From: Neolecta irregularis DAH-3
Taxonomy: Eukaryota
Assembly: GCA_001929475.1 (NCBI GenBank)
Contig: LXFE01000145.1
Location: 1-36,191 of the forward strand
Direction of reading: 5' to 3'
Length of the DNA stretch: 36,191 nt
The notes under the pieces were generated by a model that was not told where the DNA came from, searched no databases, and saw nothing but the letters and a program-made list of their open reading frames with translations. Positions 13,448 to 25,330 of the stretch are shown here, piece by piece (position 1 is the stretch's first letter; each line of letters begins with the position of its first letter). The position numbers and the translations under genes are program-made.

Positions 13448-16072
13448 TTATGACGTAACCACAGTACTTTCGGAATGGAGCTTCTGTTCCTTCTTTGCAC
13501 TAGTACCAGTCCCATATTTAGCCTTCCATTGATCTTCTTTCTTTTCGTCAATACGGCTGAACAGATATTCTGCTTTTCCGATCTTGTGACCACCCATGAT
13601 ATCCACCGTCCATTCCATTGGGATAGTTCGCAATGGCGTGTTGAGTTGATCGACCATTCCTTGGGCAGTAGAAGGTAGGAAGGGGTAGATGCAAGCCGAA
13701 AGAAGATAAATCAGATTTAAGGCTACACCAACAACCTGTGCACATTTCTGTGGTTGCTGGCGGAAGAGGTTATTGTCCATTTTGTTCTCTTGCAGGTAAA
13801 GGTTTCCTCGAGACGACAATTCCATTGCAAGTTCGAGCCCATGCCTAATCTTGACCGCTTCCATTGCCTCGATGTAATCTTTTAGAATTCGAGCAACATC
13901 TGTTCGAAGAATAGAGATGGTTTCACCCTGTACGCTAAATTCTGGAACAACACCGTCGTATTTCGCATTAACAAATTTAATCACTCGATTTACGAGATTT
14001 CCCACATTTGCCAGAAGTTCGCTGTTATTCTTTGCAATGAAAGTTTTCCAAGTGAACATGGAATCGGAAGTCTCCGGTCGAGAACTGAGCAAATAATAAC
14101 GCCAAATGCTTGAAGGGATTCCAGTTTCCTTGGCGTTATTCCCAAAAACGCCAACATTCCGAGATTTGCTAAACTTGCCTCCTTCATAGTTTAGATATTC
14201 TACCAAGATCAGCAGAGTAGTTAAAATTAGACCTGCCTGTCGTATTCAGATGATGTAACATAGTCCAATTTTCCCTCGTAGCCAAGAGACTGGCAGGAAA
14301 CATGACCGAATGAAACGGAGTATTATCTTTCCCCATAAACTGGTACAATTTCACATTATCTGGGTTCTTCCACCACTCGGTCCATTTTTCCGTATAATTG
14401 GCAGTGATACTGACATACCCCAATGGTGCGTCAAACCAAACATAAACAACCTTATCTCTGAAACCATCAACTGGGACTGGAACGCCCCACTTTAAATCTC
14501 GAGTTATATCTCGAGGTTCGAGACCTTGTTTGAACCATTGTTCCGTGATTGATTTGCTATTTTGTGACCAAGCACCCTCTGTACTTGATTTTTTATACCA
14601 AGCTTCAATTTCAGGTTGTAGTTTTTGAAGAGAAATTCCGATATGTTTCGTTTCGCGGAGACTAGGTTTTGAACCGTCAATTTTACAGCGTGGATTTTTT
14701 AGATTTTTCGCGTCGATCAAGTGGCCACAACTATCACACTGATCTCCTCTTGCATCCTATGATATGAGTAAAGCCAAACATTTAGTTCATACGTCGTAAT
14801 TGCAGTCTGGACATGTTCCTTCAATAAATCGATCCGCGAGGAACGCCTTGTGTTCATTGCAGTATGGTTGTTCTTTTGATCGAACTTCCAAGAATCCTTG
14901 TTCCCAACACCTTACAAATGCATCCTGGCAGATCCTGTTGTCATTCAGCATTTGTTTCTTCACAAGAACATACTCGGTTTGCTTCTCGGTTGCCGTCCGT
15001 CCAAACGTATCAAATCCAATCTCAAACCAGTCATAAATTTCCTTGTGAATCTTGTGATACTTGTCACATAACTCTTGTGGGGTGATATTTTCTTCTAACG
15101 CTTTTGTTTCTGTGGCAGTGCCATATTCATCAGTTCCGCAAACGAACAGAGTATTTCGATTTCGAGCTTTTGAATACCGGCTAAAGACATCTGCTGAAAG
15201 GACACAACCGACAATATTTCCTAAATGAGGTACATTATTGATATATGGAAGTGCAGAAGTGACTAAAATATTGTTTTGGCCGGGGACAGGAAGTCTTGAT
15301 TAGAATAGCAAGTGAAGGCCACATACATAATTTCGCCGGGTTTAGAGATATTCATTTCGATATTGGCTCGGAGATTACATGTTCCAGGAGCGCTTGTCAC
15401 AGCGACTTCTGAGTCCGTCTTTTTGGGAGTCGTCTGCACCATCAGCCGTAGCCTGCCTTGAATAAACAAACATATTTCGCAGCTAATTCAATTCCCCTTC
15501 TCGCTCTATCATCGTGCAAAAACGCAGTAAACAATTTAGCAATATTGGGATAATTATTCTGCAACTGTGTACTTGAAAAGGTTGGAATAAACTCGTACAA
15601 GGTCGCCATAACGATAATTGCGGCTGCTGTTGAAAAGTCTGCGGGAAATTCAGCAATGGAAAGAACTTTTTCCACGGAAGAGGCGACTTGTTGTTTATCC
15701 TGCAAGAGGAGATTTGAGTATAAAAAAGTTTCTTCCCATTCAATCAGAGCAGCATCAGAGACTGAGATTTGGCCATTATTTTGTGACTGGAGAAACCTTT
15801 TATCTGAGTATACCAACTGGACTTTTTTGAATGCATACCGTACGATGGAATTTGCTTCATTTAGACTTTTATTTTGCTTGGGGCATTCTAGCGATACATA
15901 ATTCTGACCCGCGCCTGTATGATTCAGTTCAATTCCGAAGGTATTTAGATATACAGCCTACTATTTCAACATTCTCTTGATCAAATACCGAAATCGCAAT
16001 ACAGACTTTGAGAGCATTATTAAATAAATTATCGTTCTTTTGAGCAGCGGGAATAGAGAGTTTGAATTCCAT
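13448..16072 (-). CDS. MES1: Cytoplasmic methionyl-tRNA synthetase, multi-exon
   Basis: [15 protein letters not shown] (HIGH-type), CGTDEYG, zinc knuckles, YVWFDA, KFSKS (KMSKS-type), anticodon domain, and an N-terminal extension. Confidence 0.95.
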
Positions 16073-16279
16073 GAGGGAGTGAGAAACAAGATGTGATAAT
16101 GGCCAAGATTTAGAGCAATGAAAATAACTGCCTAATCTAGTTTGATAAATATCCAAGTAAATACATATTTCTGAGAAAAATATTGTTGATGAAGCGCCTT
16201 GTCCTTTTTTGATGGACAAATATGTAGGCGCCAAATTTCGCAGCATATGACTTCCAAATCTAAGAATAGTTTTTATGAA

Positions 16280-16789
16280 ATGACGGTAGAGCACATTGAC
16301 GTCCTGGATAATCTTGTTAATCTAGAAGAGACGTACGTGACTTTAGTCAGATCATACTGAATATGCAGATTCTATCGAGAAGGCTATGCCGAAGGTCAAA
16401 CAGACGGAATAGCAGCTGGCGAAATCGAAGGCCGAGCATTCGGACTTGAACAGTCTTTCGGCTATTTTTACAAATTAGGATACCTTAAAGCTCAATGTAC
16501 AGCTCTCCTGAAAGATCCAGAAACGCCGGCCAAGGCGCTAAAACATACCGACAAACTGAAAAGCATGATTGAACAAGTTCCACAAACAAATCAAGATCAG
16601 CCTGAAGGAGAAGATTTTGACTCTCGGTGGAGGAGAATTAAAGCCAAGAGTAGGCTTGTGCGCAATCTTACGGGGCGTCGGGACATTGCTATTACTGATC
16701 AAGATGGTGAATTGGATGTGGTTGAGGAACTAGATCAAGATGCTGACATGTTGGCGCGAATACGGGGGGATCCTAATTTGGCTTTTTGA
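16280..16789 (+). CDS. LTO1: Lto1/ORAOV1, Fe-S assembly adaptor for Rli1 (2 exons)
   Basis: LDNLVNLEE|RFYREGYAEGQTDGIAAGEIEGRAFGLEQSF, a deca-GX3 motif in the Lto1 context. Confidence 0.8.
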
Positions 16790-16979
16790 TTTTTTGATGG
16801 GTGTATCAACGGTAGTAGCTTGCTCATGTATTAAAGTTGGACGCTCATTAACTGGGGTCTGTGTCAACCCTTTTCAAATCATCCGTTGTCCAAGCTCTTG
16901 GCATTCCAAGAACCGTTTAAGAACCTCTGCAGACCCTGCCTACATCCTATTATTCAACTTGACCCACTACTTTTTCAAG

Positions 16980-19250
16980 ATGGCCGACGTTCAACTTGTT
17001 GCGGCAACAGGTACCTAAACCCCGGCATAGTCGGACATAAATGTTGACAATTTCATAGATGAACCCAAAAAACTCTCCAAGAATCAAAAGAAAAAGGCGA
17101 AAAGGACTGAAAGGAAGCGCATTCCGACGCAGGATACCCCTGATCGTTTGAGTCAAGCTTCGTCTCCCAAGCAACTCTCTGATTCCGAGCAACACGTAAT
17201 TTAAGAAATACACATGGGGAACTGACGTGGCACAGACTGGAACTAGTCCTTTAGAGAGTTGTTCGAATTTACTTTGCGCGTCGCCAAGCCTAGTTACAAA
17301 CGGCAGAATATATACGGATTTGGTTACAAGGGAGACGACTTCGCCAAACCACCAAAAACTATTACGAAATGAAATGGAGCGCGGTCATACTACAAAACTT
17401 GATCCGCTAGACATTTCTTCAAAGGGGAACGTGGAGAAACACGACTTTATACCGGAAGAAAAGAGCCATAACTCTATATCGGAAGAAAACTCGGGCCAAG
17501 AGTCTGTCCAATCACGAAATGGAATGAAGCGTAGTAATACTACAGACCTTGATGCGCTAGAAATATATCCTCAGGAGAACATAAACAGCCACGACTCTCT
17601 GTCGGAAGAAACGAGACACGACTCTATCTTGAAGGAAAATGCGGGCCTTGAAGAGTCTATCCAATTATATCGAAATGAAATCGCTTCGTTGAAATCTGTA
17701 ATCAATAAATTGGATACGTCAACCCAATCAAATTTTGCTGAAAACAAAAGACTCAAACTTGAAAACGAATCTTTAGAACGGAAGATGGAATCGCTATTAC
17801 AAAAAGATCGCTCGTCAGCGACTGCACAAGATCTGTCGTCACTTGAGGACGAGTCATCGAATAAAGAGATTGAGAAGATGATATTGGAAAATAAACGATT
17901 GGAATCTGAATTGGAAGTATTGCGAAAACAGGCAAATGACTCTGACCTACAATTACAATTAACCGAATTACAAATTGCAAATACCAAGATTAGCAATAAA
18001 AACATACAACTTGAAGCACAGTATAAAAATTTGCTAGGGAAAATTACACAATTTAAATCGCAGATTTCGGAAAAGGTGAAGTCTGATGCCGAGGAAATTG
18101 CACATAGCCGAGAAACGATCAAGGAATTAGAAACAGAGAATGAGAGTTTGAAGATGACACTTGGAGAATTACAATTAGAGATTGTAAATTCGACTAACGA
18201 GTCGGAAAAATTGAGTCTAGAAGTTTCGACGATTCGGACTCAGAGGATGAATTCCGAGGTTTACTGGAGCAAGGAACGAGAGGAGATGAGGAGTCGTGAG
18301 AGGGGGCTTGTAGAAGCTGTTGAGCGGTTGAAGCGAGAAATTCGAGAATGGGAGATGACTACTGCGGAAGAAAGATCTATGAAGGAAAGTCTAGAGGCTA
18401 GAATATGTGATTTGGAAGATGCGTTGGAAGGTGGGCGTGGAGAGCTTGAGCGGTACCGAAGCTTGTTGGCAGCTGAAGGAGAGCAGTGTGGAATGCTGAA
18501 AAGAACGCTCAACGACGTCCAGGAAGGCAGGGGTTCTTTACAAGAGGCGGCTAATGTTGAAGCGAGGAGAATTGAAGTGATAGAGATTAAAGAGGAGATG
18601 GAGAAGCAGGTGGGTGAGATATCTGCAAAGGCTCGACTGTATGAGAAACAGGCGTCAGAAGCACTGGTGCGTTGACGAAGCAACCGGCCTAATGGCAGGT
18701 GAAACTAGAAGAGACGCGGGTGGAGCTTGAGAGGCTGCTTCCTATGGAAAAGGAGGTCAAGGAGAAGAATCTGCAGATTGGCAAGCTTCGCCACGAGGGT
18801 GCTTTGTGTGGATGAAAGTGGACTGACGGAGACAGCGGTGATTCTGAACGAGCATCTGACCAAGGCACTGCGGCTGCTGAAGCGGGGCTCGAGCGAGGAC
18901 ACGGTAGACCGCACGCTGATCAGCAATCTGTTTCTGTCGTTTGTTGCTATTCCGCGGGGCGACGGGCGCAAGTTCGAGGTGCTGCAGCTGCTGGGATCGC
19001 TGCTGGCGTGGGACGACGAGCAGCGGGAGAAGGCAGGGCTGTCGCGGCCGGGGAGTGCAATGGGCGAGGGCCTGCTTGCGCCTGGAGGCATGTTCCGGCG
19101 GGTGAGCAGCACGGCGCAGATGCACAGTGCGCTGGACATGCTGCCGAGCGAGGTGCGTGTGTGTGGGGCGCAGGACTGACACGCCAGAGCATGGGCGATC
19201 TGTGGATCAACTTCCTGGAACGGCAGGCTGCGCAGGGCATGTCTGGGTGA
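16980..19250 (+). CDS. RUD3: Golgin Rud3/GMAP-210-like coiled-coil protein with GRAB domain, multi-exon
   Basis: Long coiled coil followed by KEKNLQIGKLRHEAVILNEHLTKAL...VDRTLISNLFLSF..IPRGD.RKFEVLQLL...L.WDDEQREKAGL and C-terminal DLWINFL. Confidence 0.9.
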
Positions 19251-19295
19251 CAGGGCAGCTTGCCCTTGGTGTGCAGTACGAGTCAGCTGTGGGTG

Positions 19296-19432
19296 TGTTA
19301 TCTAAGGACAAGTTGCACTCGGGGTGTAGTACGGCGGATGTTATCTATGGACAAGTTGCACTCGGGGTGTAGTACGGCGGATGTTATCTATGGACAAGTT
19401 GCACCCGGGGTGTAGTATGGCGGATGTTATCT
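19296..19432. repeat. 43-bp minisatellite, 3.2 copies, intergenic
   Basis: Unit tgttatctatggacaagttgcactcggggtgtagtacggcgga starts at 19296, 19339, 19382 and (partial) 19425, with 1-2 mismatches per copy and no spacers. Confidence 0.95.
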
Positions 19433-19662
19433 GTGTTATCCGCTCTGGTGGAGCAGTGCATAAATACTCGCACTGCCGCCTCATCGCGTGATCCCAAAAG
19501 CAACCTTGCATTTGTTGATGGTTTGTTCGTTCCCTCCCGCCCGTCTGCACCTGTCCTGTCCTTGAACTGCACTCCACCAGCCATCCTCGGATCGCCCATT
19601 CATCTACTCCACGAGAGACACCCACATCTCCATCCGCATCTACGCGCCACCCCATATCATCT

Positions 19663-20103
19663 ATGGTTTCACATCAAAATGCTCAGGCCGCACACGGCAG
19701 CATCACCCTCACCGCCACTCTCCTCGCCCCGCCCCCCCAAAGAGCCATCCTACGCCTCACTTCCGCCCGAAGCGCCCGCCGCGTCCAGTGGACAGACGAT
19801 GTCATTGACAACGAGAACATGGGCAAAAAAAAGTCCAAAGGTATCTGATCCCTTTCTGTTCCCTGCATCTCACCCTCTCCAGTCTGCTGCCTCTTTCGCA
19901 AACAACGCCCCTTTGGCGAATCCTCCTCAGACGAGTCCTCCTCTTCAGATTCAGACTCTTGCAGCTCAGACGATCGCTCTCACCAAACAAACCGTTCGTG
20001 TCCATCCAACCATCCCCACAAGCGAAAAAAGCCAAAGAGACCCCAAAGTCCAAACGCATACGAACGCATGTCAACTAACAAAAAAGGAAAGAGCGAGCAT
20101 TAG
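19663..20103 (+). CDS. YPI1: Type 1 phosphatase regulator Ypi1 (inhibitor-3), 2 exons
   Basis: RRVQWTDDVIDNENMGKKKSK|VCCLFRK, acidic Ser tract, C-terminal PNAYE. Confidence 0.92.
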
Positions 20104-20495
20104 GCTTTTGTTTTATCAGGATAACCGGTTGGCGGAATCTATTTTTGTTTTACTATAGGCTATGAACGTTGCTTTTCATGTTAATGACATACACCTTTTC
20201 CCTTTATAGATATTTACTCTAGAAAATGTGGTCAAAAAGAGTATTGTTTTTTTTATGTATAGTATTCAATCTTATCGTCTTATCATTTATCATTTTCATT
20301 ATTGTAAGCCTTTACCGTAAGCTAGACGCCTGAGATGCAAATAAGACTAGGCTTTATTGTCTAACCTAAGTATGTGAACTTTGTTCGGTATGAGTATTTT
20401 CCTTCCTTTTATACTCCATCTTTTAGTGCCGTAAATATACCACCAAACTTGCCGCGTTGATAAGAATATAACCTCGTATTCTTACATTTACCAAC

Positions 20496-21997
20496 ATGGC
20501 CTCCCGCAGACCTCAAATCAGGTCTTCCCCAAGTAGCCCTTCTAAAATACGCAAGCCAATCACCAGTACTATGTCCTCCAACTAGCTAGACTGATTATTT
20601 TTGAAAAAGTCAACCATTCGTTTTTTAAACCTGTTTCCGAGAAAAAGACTACCTCTTTAGTACAATGGCAAGAACGAAAACATCAAACAGGACTTCGCAA
20701 TACGCTCCTAGTCGGAAAGTATCTCCACGACAATATCGTCCAAAACTTGGAGGAGACTGTAAAATTGGCTACTTTTGATTTGGTTTGTTATCATTAGGAA
20801 AATAACTAATAAAGGACGGTACACTCATTAAAACAGCATCAGGAAACTTGCATTCTCTGGATGAATACGATTGGACCTGGTGGGATGATTCAGTTCCAGA
20901 GAAACTACGACACTTTGATTCGAAGGGGTATATCTGCTATCTAATCGTCTGGTCTAAACTATACAGATATCGACTAATCATCTTTTCAAACCAAAATGGC
21001 ATCCGTCTTCCCGGTCATCCCGAATTCAAAAGGGTTGCTCAATATTATCAATGGAAAGCCAAACTTGACCTTATCCTTGAAGATTTAAATCTTCCGGTCA
21101 CAATATACGCCGCTACCCTTACCGACAATTTTCGAAAACCAAGGATTGGAATGTGGGAATCTTGTCTTGCGGATATCGGTCGACCAGTGGACAAATCTGG
21201 TTCGTATTTTGTAGGTGATGCGGCGGGCAGACCACAAGATCATTCTTGTGTAGACAGAAAGATGGCTATGAATATTGGTATTAAATTCTTCACTCCAGAT
21301 GAGTTTTTTCTGGGGCAAACAGCTCAACCCTACTCTCTAGGTGAATTTTGCCCTTCAAAACATTCTCCTCTAAATGAAAACCCTGATTTCGACAGGAAGA
21401 ATGAAAAGGATATAGTTTTACTTGTTGGAATGCCAGGAAGCGGCAAATCATCTTTTTATCGCAAAGTCCTGAAACCACTCGGATATAAAAGGATAAACCA
21501 GGATACTTTAAAATCGAGGGAAAATTGCACAAAGGCCGCTTTGTTTGAACTAGAAAAAGGCAATAGTGTGGCTATTGGTACGACTTGGATTCATATTGTC
21601 AACCATTAACCCATGAGATAATACAAATGTGGACCAATCTACTAGAGCCGTGTGGATAAAGTTAGCTCGAACTTTTAATGTTCCCATCAGATGTATTCAT
21701 CTCATTACAAGCGAGCCCATCGCTCGGCATAATAACCTGTACCGGGCTCTAAGTAAGGTAGACCAATCCGTACTCTCCCCATCTCTCCTTTTTAAAAAAG
21801 CTCACTTTTTGGAGGAACGTAGATCCAACGTACCCATGGTAGCTTATCGACATTTCCGTTCTCGATACCAAAATCCGGAATTATCCGAGGGATTTCAAGA
21901 TATTGTTGTTTTAGATTTTGAATTTAGTGGGACGGAGGAAGAGCGAAAGATATGGGAGATGTGGTGGGATGATGAGCCGAAATCTAATTTCAAATAA
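20496..21997 (+). CDS. PNK1: Bifunctional polynucleotide 5'-kinase / 3'-phosphatase, multi-exon
   Basis: Spliced FDLDGTLI HAD motif, IFSNQNG, FRKPRIGMW, FVGDAAGR, and P-loop GMPGSGKS with INQDTL and DNTN. Confidence 0.93.
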
Positions 21998-22227
21998 GCG
22001 AATGACAGTATCCTTTGCTAATAGTTGAAGACTTGGTCCGATATGCATATGTTATCACATGTCGCCCGTGAGGACTATTTGCATCTAAAGGCAATTCTCT
22101 CACCATATTAACAGTCATAATCATCTGCATTGCTACACCACCCACTATTTGGGAGGTACCACAGATCATCTTGACACCTCACACGCATACATCTTATCAC
22201 ATACACAGCAACCATCTATTGTACCAA

Positions 22228-22652
22228 ATGCCATTTCCCTCAAACTCTAGCTTTCCCTCTTCCTTCACCGACTTCATCAATAGTCCAAAGTCACGTCAGG
22301 AAGCCTGTAAGTCATCCGCTCTAACCATATATGAAGAACAGAATTACGTGACAGTGACGGTAGAAGTTGGAGATGTCAAGGTATTATATCATCTTGCCCA
22401 ATCATTTATCCTTATTCCAAGAAACAAAATCTCAAGATTGAACATGATCCAAATACAAATAACTTGATAATCAGTGGGTCCAGTCACTTTGAAGATCAAG
22501 AAAATAATCGGTCATGGTCAGAGAGCTTCACCAAGAGCTCGACGATTCCAGCAACTTGTGATGTGGATAATGTTTCTGCAAGAATGGGGTCTGGTGTACT
22601 GGTCATTATCATACCAAAATTAAAAGAAGAAAAGAAAAGTATCTGGCGATGA
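22228..22652 (+). CDS. Small heat-shock protein (HSP20/alpha-crystallin domain), 2 exons
   Basis: IYEEQNYVTVTVEVGDVK|KQNLKIE...LIISG...SFTKS..IP..CDVDNVSARMGSGVLVIIIPK. Confidence 0.8.
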
Positions 22653-22894
22653 GACGAGATATGTAGGGGTTTGGGCAATCAGTATGGAAATTGAAATGCA
22701 TATAGAACAAGGCATATTTCATGACAGAGTAATCTCTTCCTATCGCTTTTCCTATTTGATGTTGTTTTTGACAGCGAGATATTTCGTGGTCGAATTGCGA
22801 AGTGCATGAATTATTGAACGAGAATTTTCACTCCAGCCATGCGAAAAGAATGTGAAATAATATCTTTTTCGAAAGTTTACAAGAAAGCGATACT

Positions 22895-23311
22895 CTAATC
22901 GAAAAGACCGAATCCCAGCTAAATTTGCATCAGTGCACAAAGAAACCAACATTGATAAACTCACATCTTCATCAGACTCTTCCTCTTCTTCTTTCTTCTT
23001 TTCAGCTTCTTTTTTCTCCTGAGGTTCTTGAGCAGAGCTGGCAGCAGCCTCGCCGGCAGCAGGAGCAGCGGCTCCACCACTTCCAATACTTGAAAGAAGC
23101 TGTTTGACGTCTTTTCCCTCGAGGGCTTTGACAAACAGGGAGATCCAGATAGTTTCTACTTCGACATTTGCAGCCTTCACGAGAGTCTGGAGATTTTCAT
23201 GCTGAGATCTGTTAAATGGTTCAGGAATCCGGAAAATCGTACATTGATTGGGAGATCATCGTCGGCCAAGATAAGAGCAGCGTAACTTGTGGCAAGTTCA
23301 GAAGATGACAT
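22895..23311 (-). CDS. RPP1: 60S acidic ribosomal protein P1 (3 coding exons, probable 5'UTR intron)
   Basis: [18 protein letters not shown]...[24 protein letters not shown], Ala-rich hinge, EEESDED|LGFGLFD. Confidence 0.95.
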
Positions 23312-23670
23312 CTAGACAATTTTGTTAACTTTATGCGAATTGTGCGAATGGGTTGGGATATCTTACCTTTTAATGTGCACTGTGAAGCTTATTGAATAAA
23401 GTGCCTGATGGTTAGGAGGGACTGCTTTGATATTATTAGCGGCACATTTCTTGCCACAAAATAACAATGACATCTCTCGATAACCTTTCATAGAATTAAG
23501 TGGGAATATATTTCTGTCATCTTTTTACATTTGCTCTTTGAAGATTTTCCAGGCTGAACAGGCACAGTTATGTAAAATTTGTTTTTGAGGGAGATTACGT
23601 AGTTACGTCCGAATTCGACAGAACGTGAATGCGCGTGTTCCCCACACCCAACCCTTAAAAAGAAGACAAG

Positions 23671-25330
23671 ATGCCGTCAGATGTACCGCAAGGCATGTTC
23701 TTGTTATGTTTGTATGTTCAATGTTCCTGACCTGCATCAAGCAGAGCTTGCGATCCTCGAGAGACTCATCAACTTGCGCCAACGGTTGATGGCTTTGAAA
23801 ATGGATAGATCTTCGTATGTCGCTTGCTCGGTAGTTAAATTCGAACTAGTTAGGTACATTAAGGCTCAAGATGTCCAAAAGATATATGAAACCATCATAA
23901 AGCAAGGTTTGTCCCGAGGGTAATGGTCTATTAAGCGCGACAGTCGACAAAATCAATGAGATTCGAGAACACCCGGTGCACTTTGGTGAACAGAATCGTC
24001 TTGATACGGTCCTTGACGACGTACTTCAACTCCTTTCTCTCTTTTTCCTAGCAATTGGGCGCAACAACTCCGTATGTTCCTTGCCTTGAATTCGTCTTAT
24101 GGATTTAGACCATGGCGACATACATACAAGTGTCGACGGTTAAGGTAATCTTTAATCGTCAGATTTAGTCTCGCTTATGTTTAGCGGCTACTAGACCATC
24201 TTTACGAGGCCGGTGTATATACCGAGAGCGATTTGAAACCTATTCGGAAACGACTGGAAGAAATGCGGACGATAATCCACACCGACAAAGTGAAGCAAGA
24301 GCTTCCGCTGGTACGTTGCTTTTCCATATTTCACTCTATTTACTGTTTTCAGGCCTTTTTGAAACTAGTCGGTGCAAAGTTAAAGTATTGTGGTACACTC
24401 AGCCTTTCTTATCGTAATTCTGACTGTAGAATCGCGACTTGTCGAGCTTGAAGATAACCTATCGAAGCTTTCCCCAGAACTTGCCCCTATTCAACAGAAA
24501 CTTGTTTCAATCCGCCGTCAAATGGCAGGCATTGCCTCAAAGCCAAATTTCTCCGCTCAAGAACTCCATCCTCTTTATGAAGAACTACGAAAAATTGAAG
24601 CATCAAGAGTCGATGGCAGATTTCTTGCGCCAAACGGCGATTTGCCCTATGGTCAGTCAATTGTCAACGGCCTTTTAGAAGAATGTCATACCCTTTCCCA
24701 GGACCTCATTACATGCAAAGGCGATGTCGCCGGTGTCCTGAAACCAATATATGATCGTCTAGCGGAATTAAAAAGTTCCTTGGAAACGCTAATGTTAACA
24801 CACAGATGGACGCTCCGGGAAACAGACCTCTATAATTTCAAGACTCAGTTGAAGGACCTCGACCAAATGCGTGTGAATGGGAAATTTGCTTCGCCGAATG
24901 GAGATGTTCCAGAAGGCCAGACTGTTCTTCTTTACATGCTGAGACGATGTTATGCCTTGCTCTATCAGTTACTAGCTGCGAGTGAGCCTGTTTCTGAGGG
25001 TTTGTCAATTTATGCAGTGACATTCCGCTGAAAGACAGCGTTAATGCCGGTTCACAATCAACTCTCGACAGTGCGAAAGTGTCTTATTGAAGTCAAAAAA
25101 GGTGGTGGACCATTCTCTCCAAGAGAGCTTTGGCCTTATCAGATGAAGCTCGCATCTATTGACAATAGTAAGCGAAATTCAAACCTTTGCTGATTCTGCC
25201 AGTGCGTTTAGATGGAAAATTTCTAGCCGATGATGGCACAGTACCCGAAGGACAGGCTACTGTTACGACACTGTTGGCTGAATGCTACGATATAATCTAC
25301 GAACTACGAAGCGAAATTGAGGAAGAATGA
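23671..25330 (+). CDS. CUB1: DUF2408 family protein (Cub1/YPL260W-like), multi-exon
   Basis: ILERLINLRQRLMALKMDRSSYIK, LTHRWTLRETDL, repeated R.DGKF...G..PEGQ units, ASEPVSEALMPVHNQLSTVRKCL.EVKK.GG. Confidence 0.8.

Noticed and set aside
19324-19331. GTGTAGTA in the repeat (and GTAGTATCTGT near 6898) resembling the U2 snRNA branch-pairing region
   Set aside because: Only 8-11 nt match, and the flanking U2 stems and Sm site are absent.
19296-19432. Minisatellite as a CRISPR array
   Set aside because: Units are head-to-tail with no unique spacers, the context is eukaryotic and there are no cas genes.
18700-19800. GC-rich islands as horizontal transfer or transposon insertions
   Set aside because: The GC change is gradual and falls inside intact conserved fungal genes. 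There are no terminal repeats, target duplications or transposase/RT motifs.
19424-20158. 244-aa + strand ORF
   Set aside because: Overlaps YPI1 in other frames and runs through its intron; explained by stop-poor C-rich sequence.
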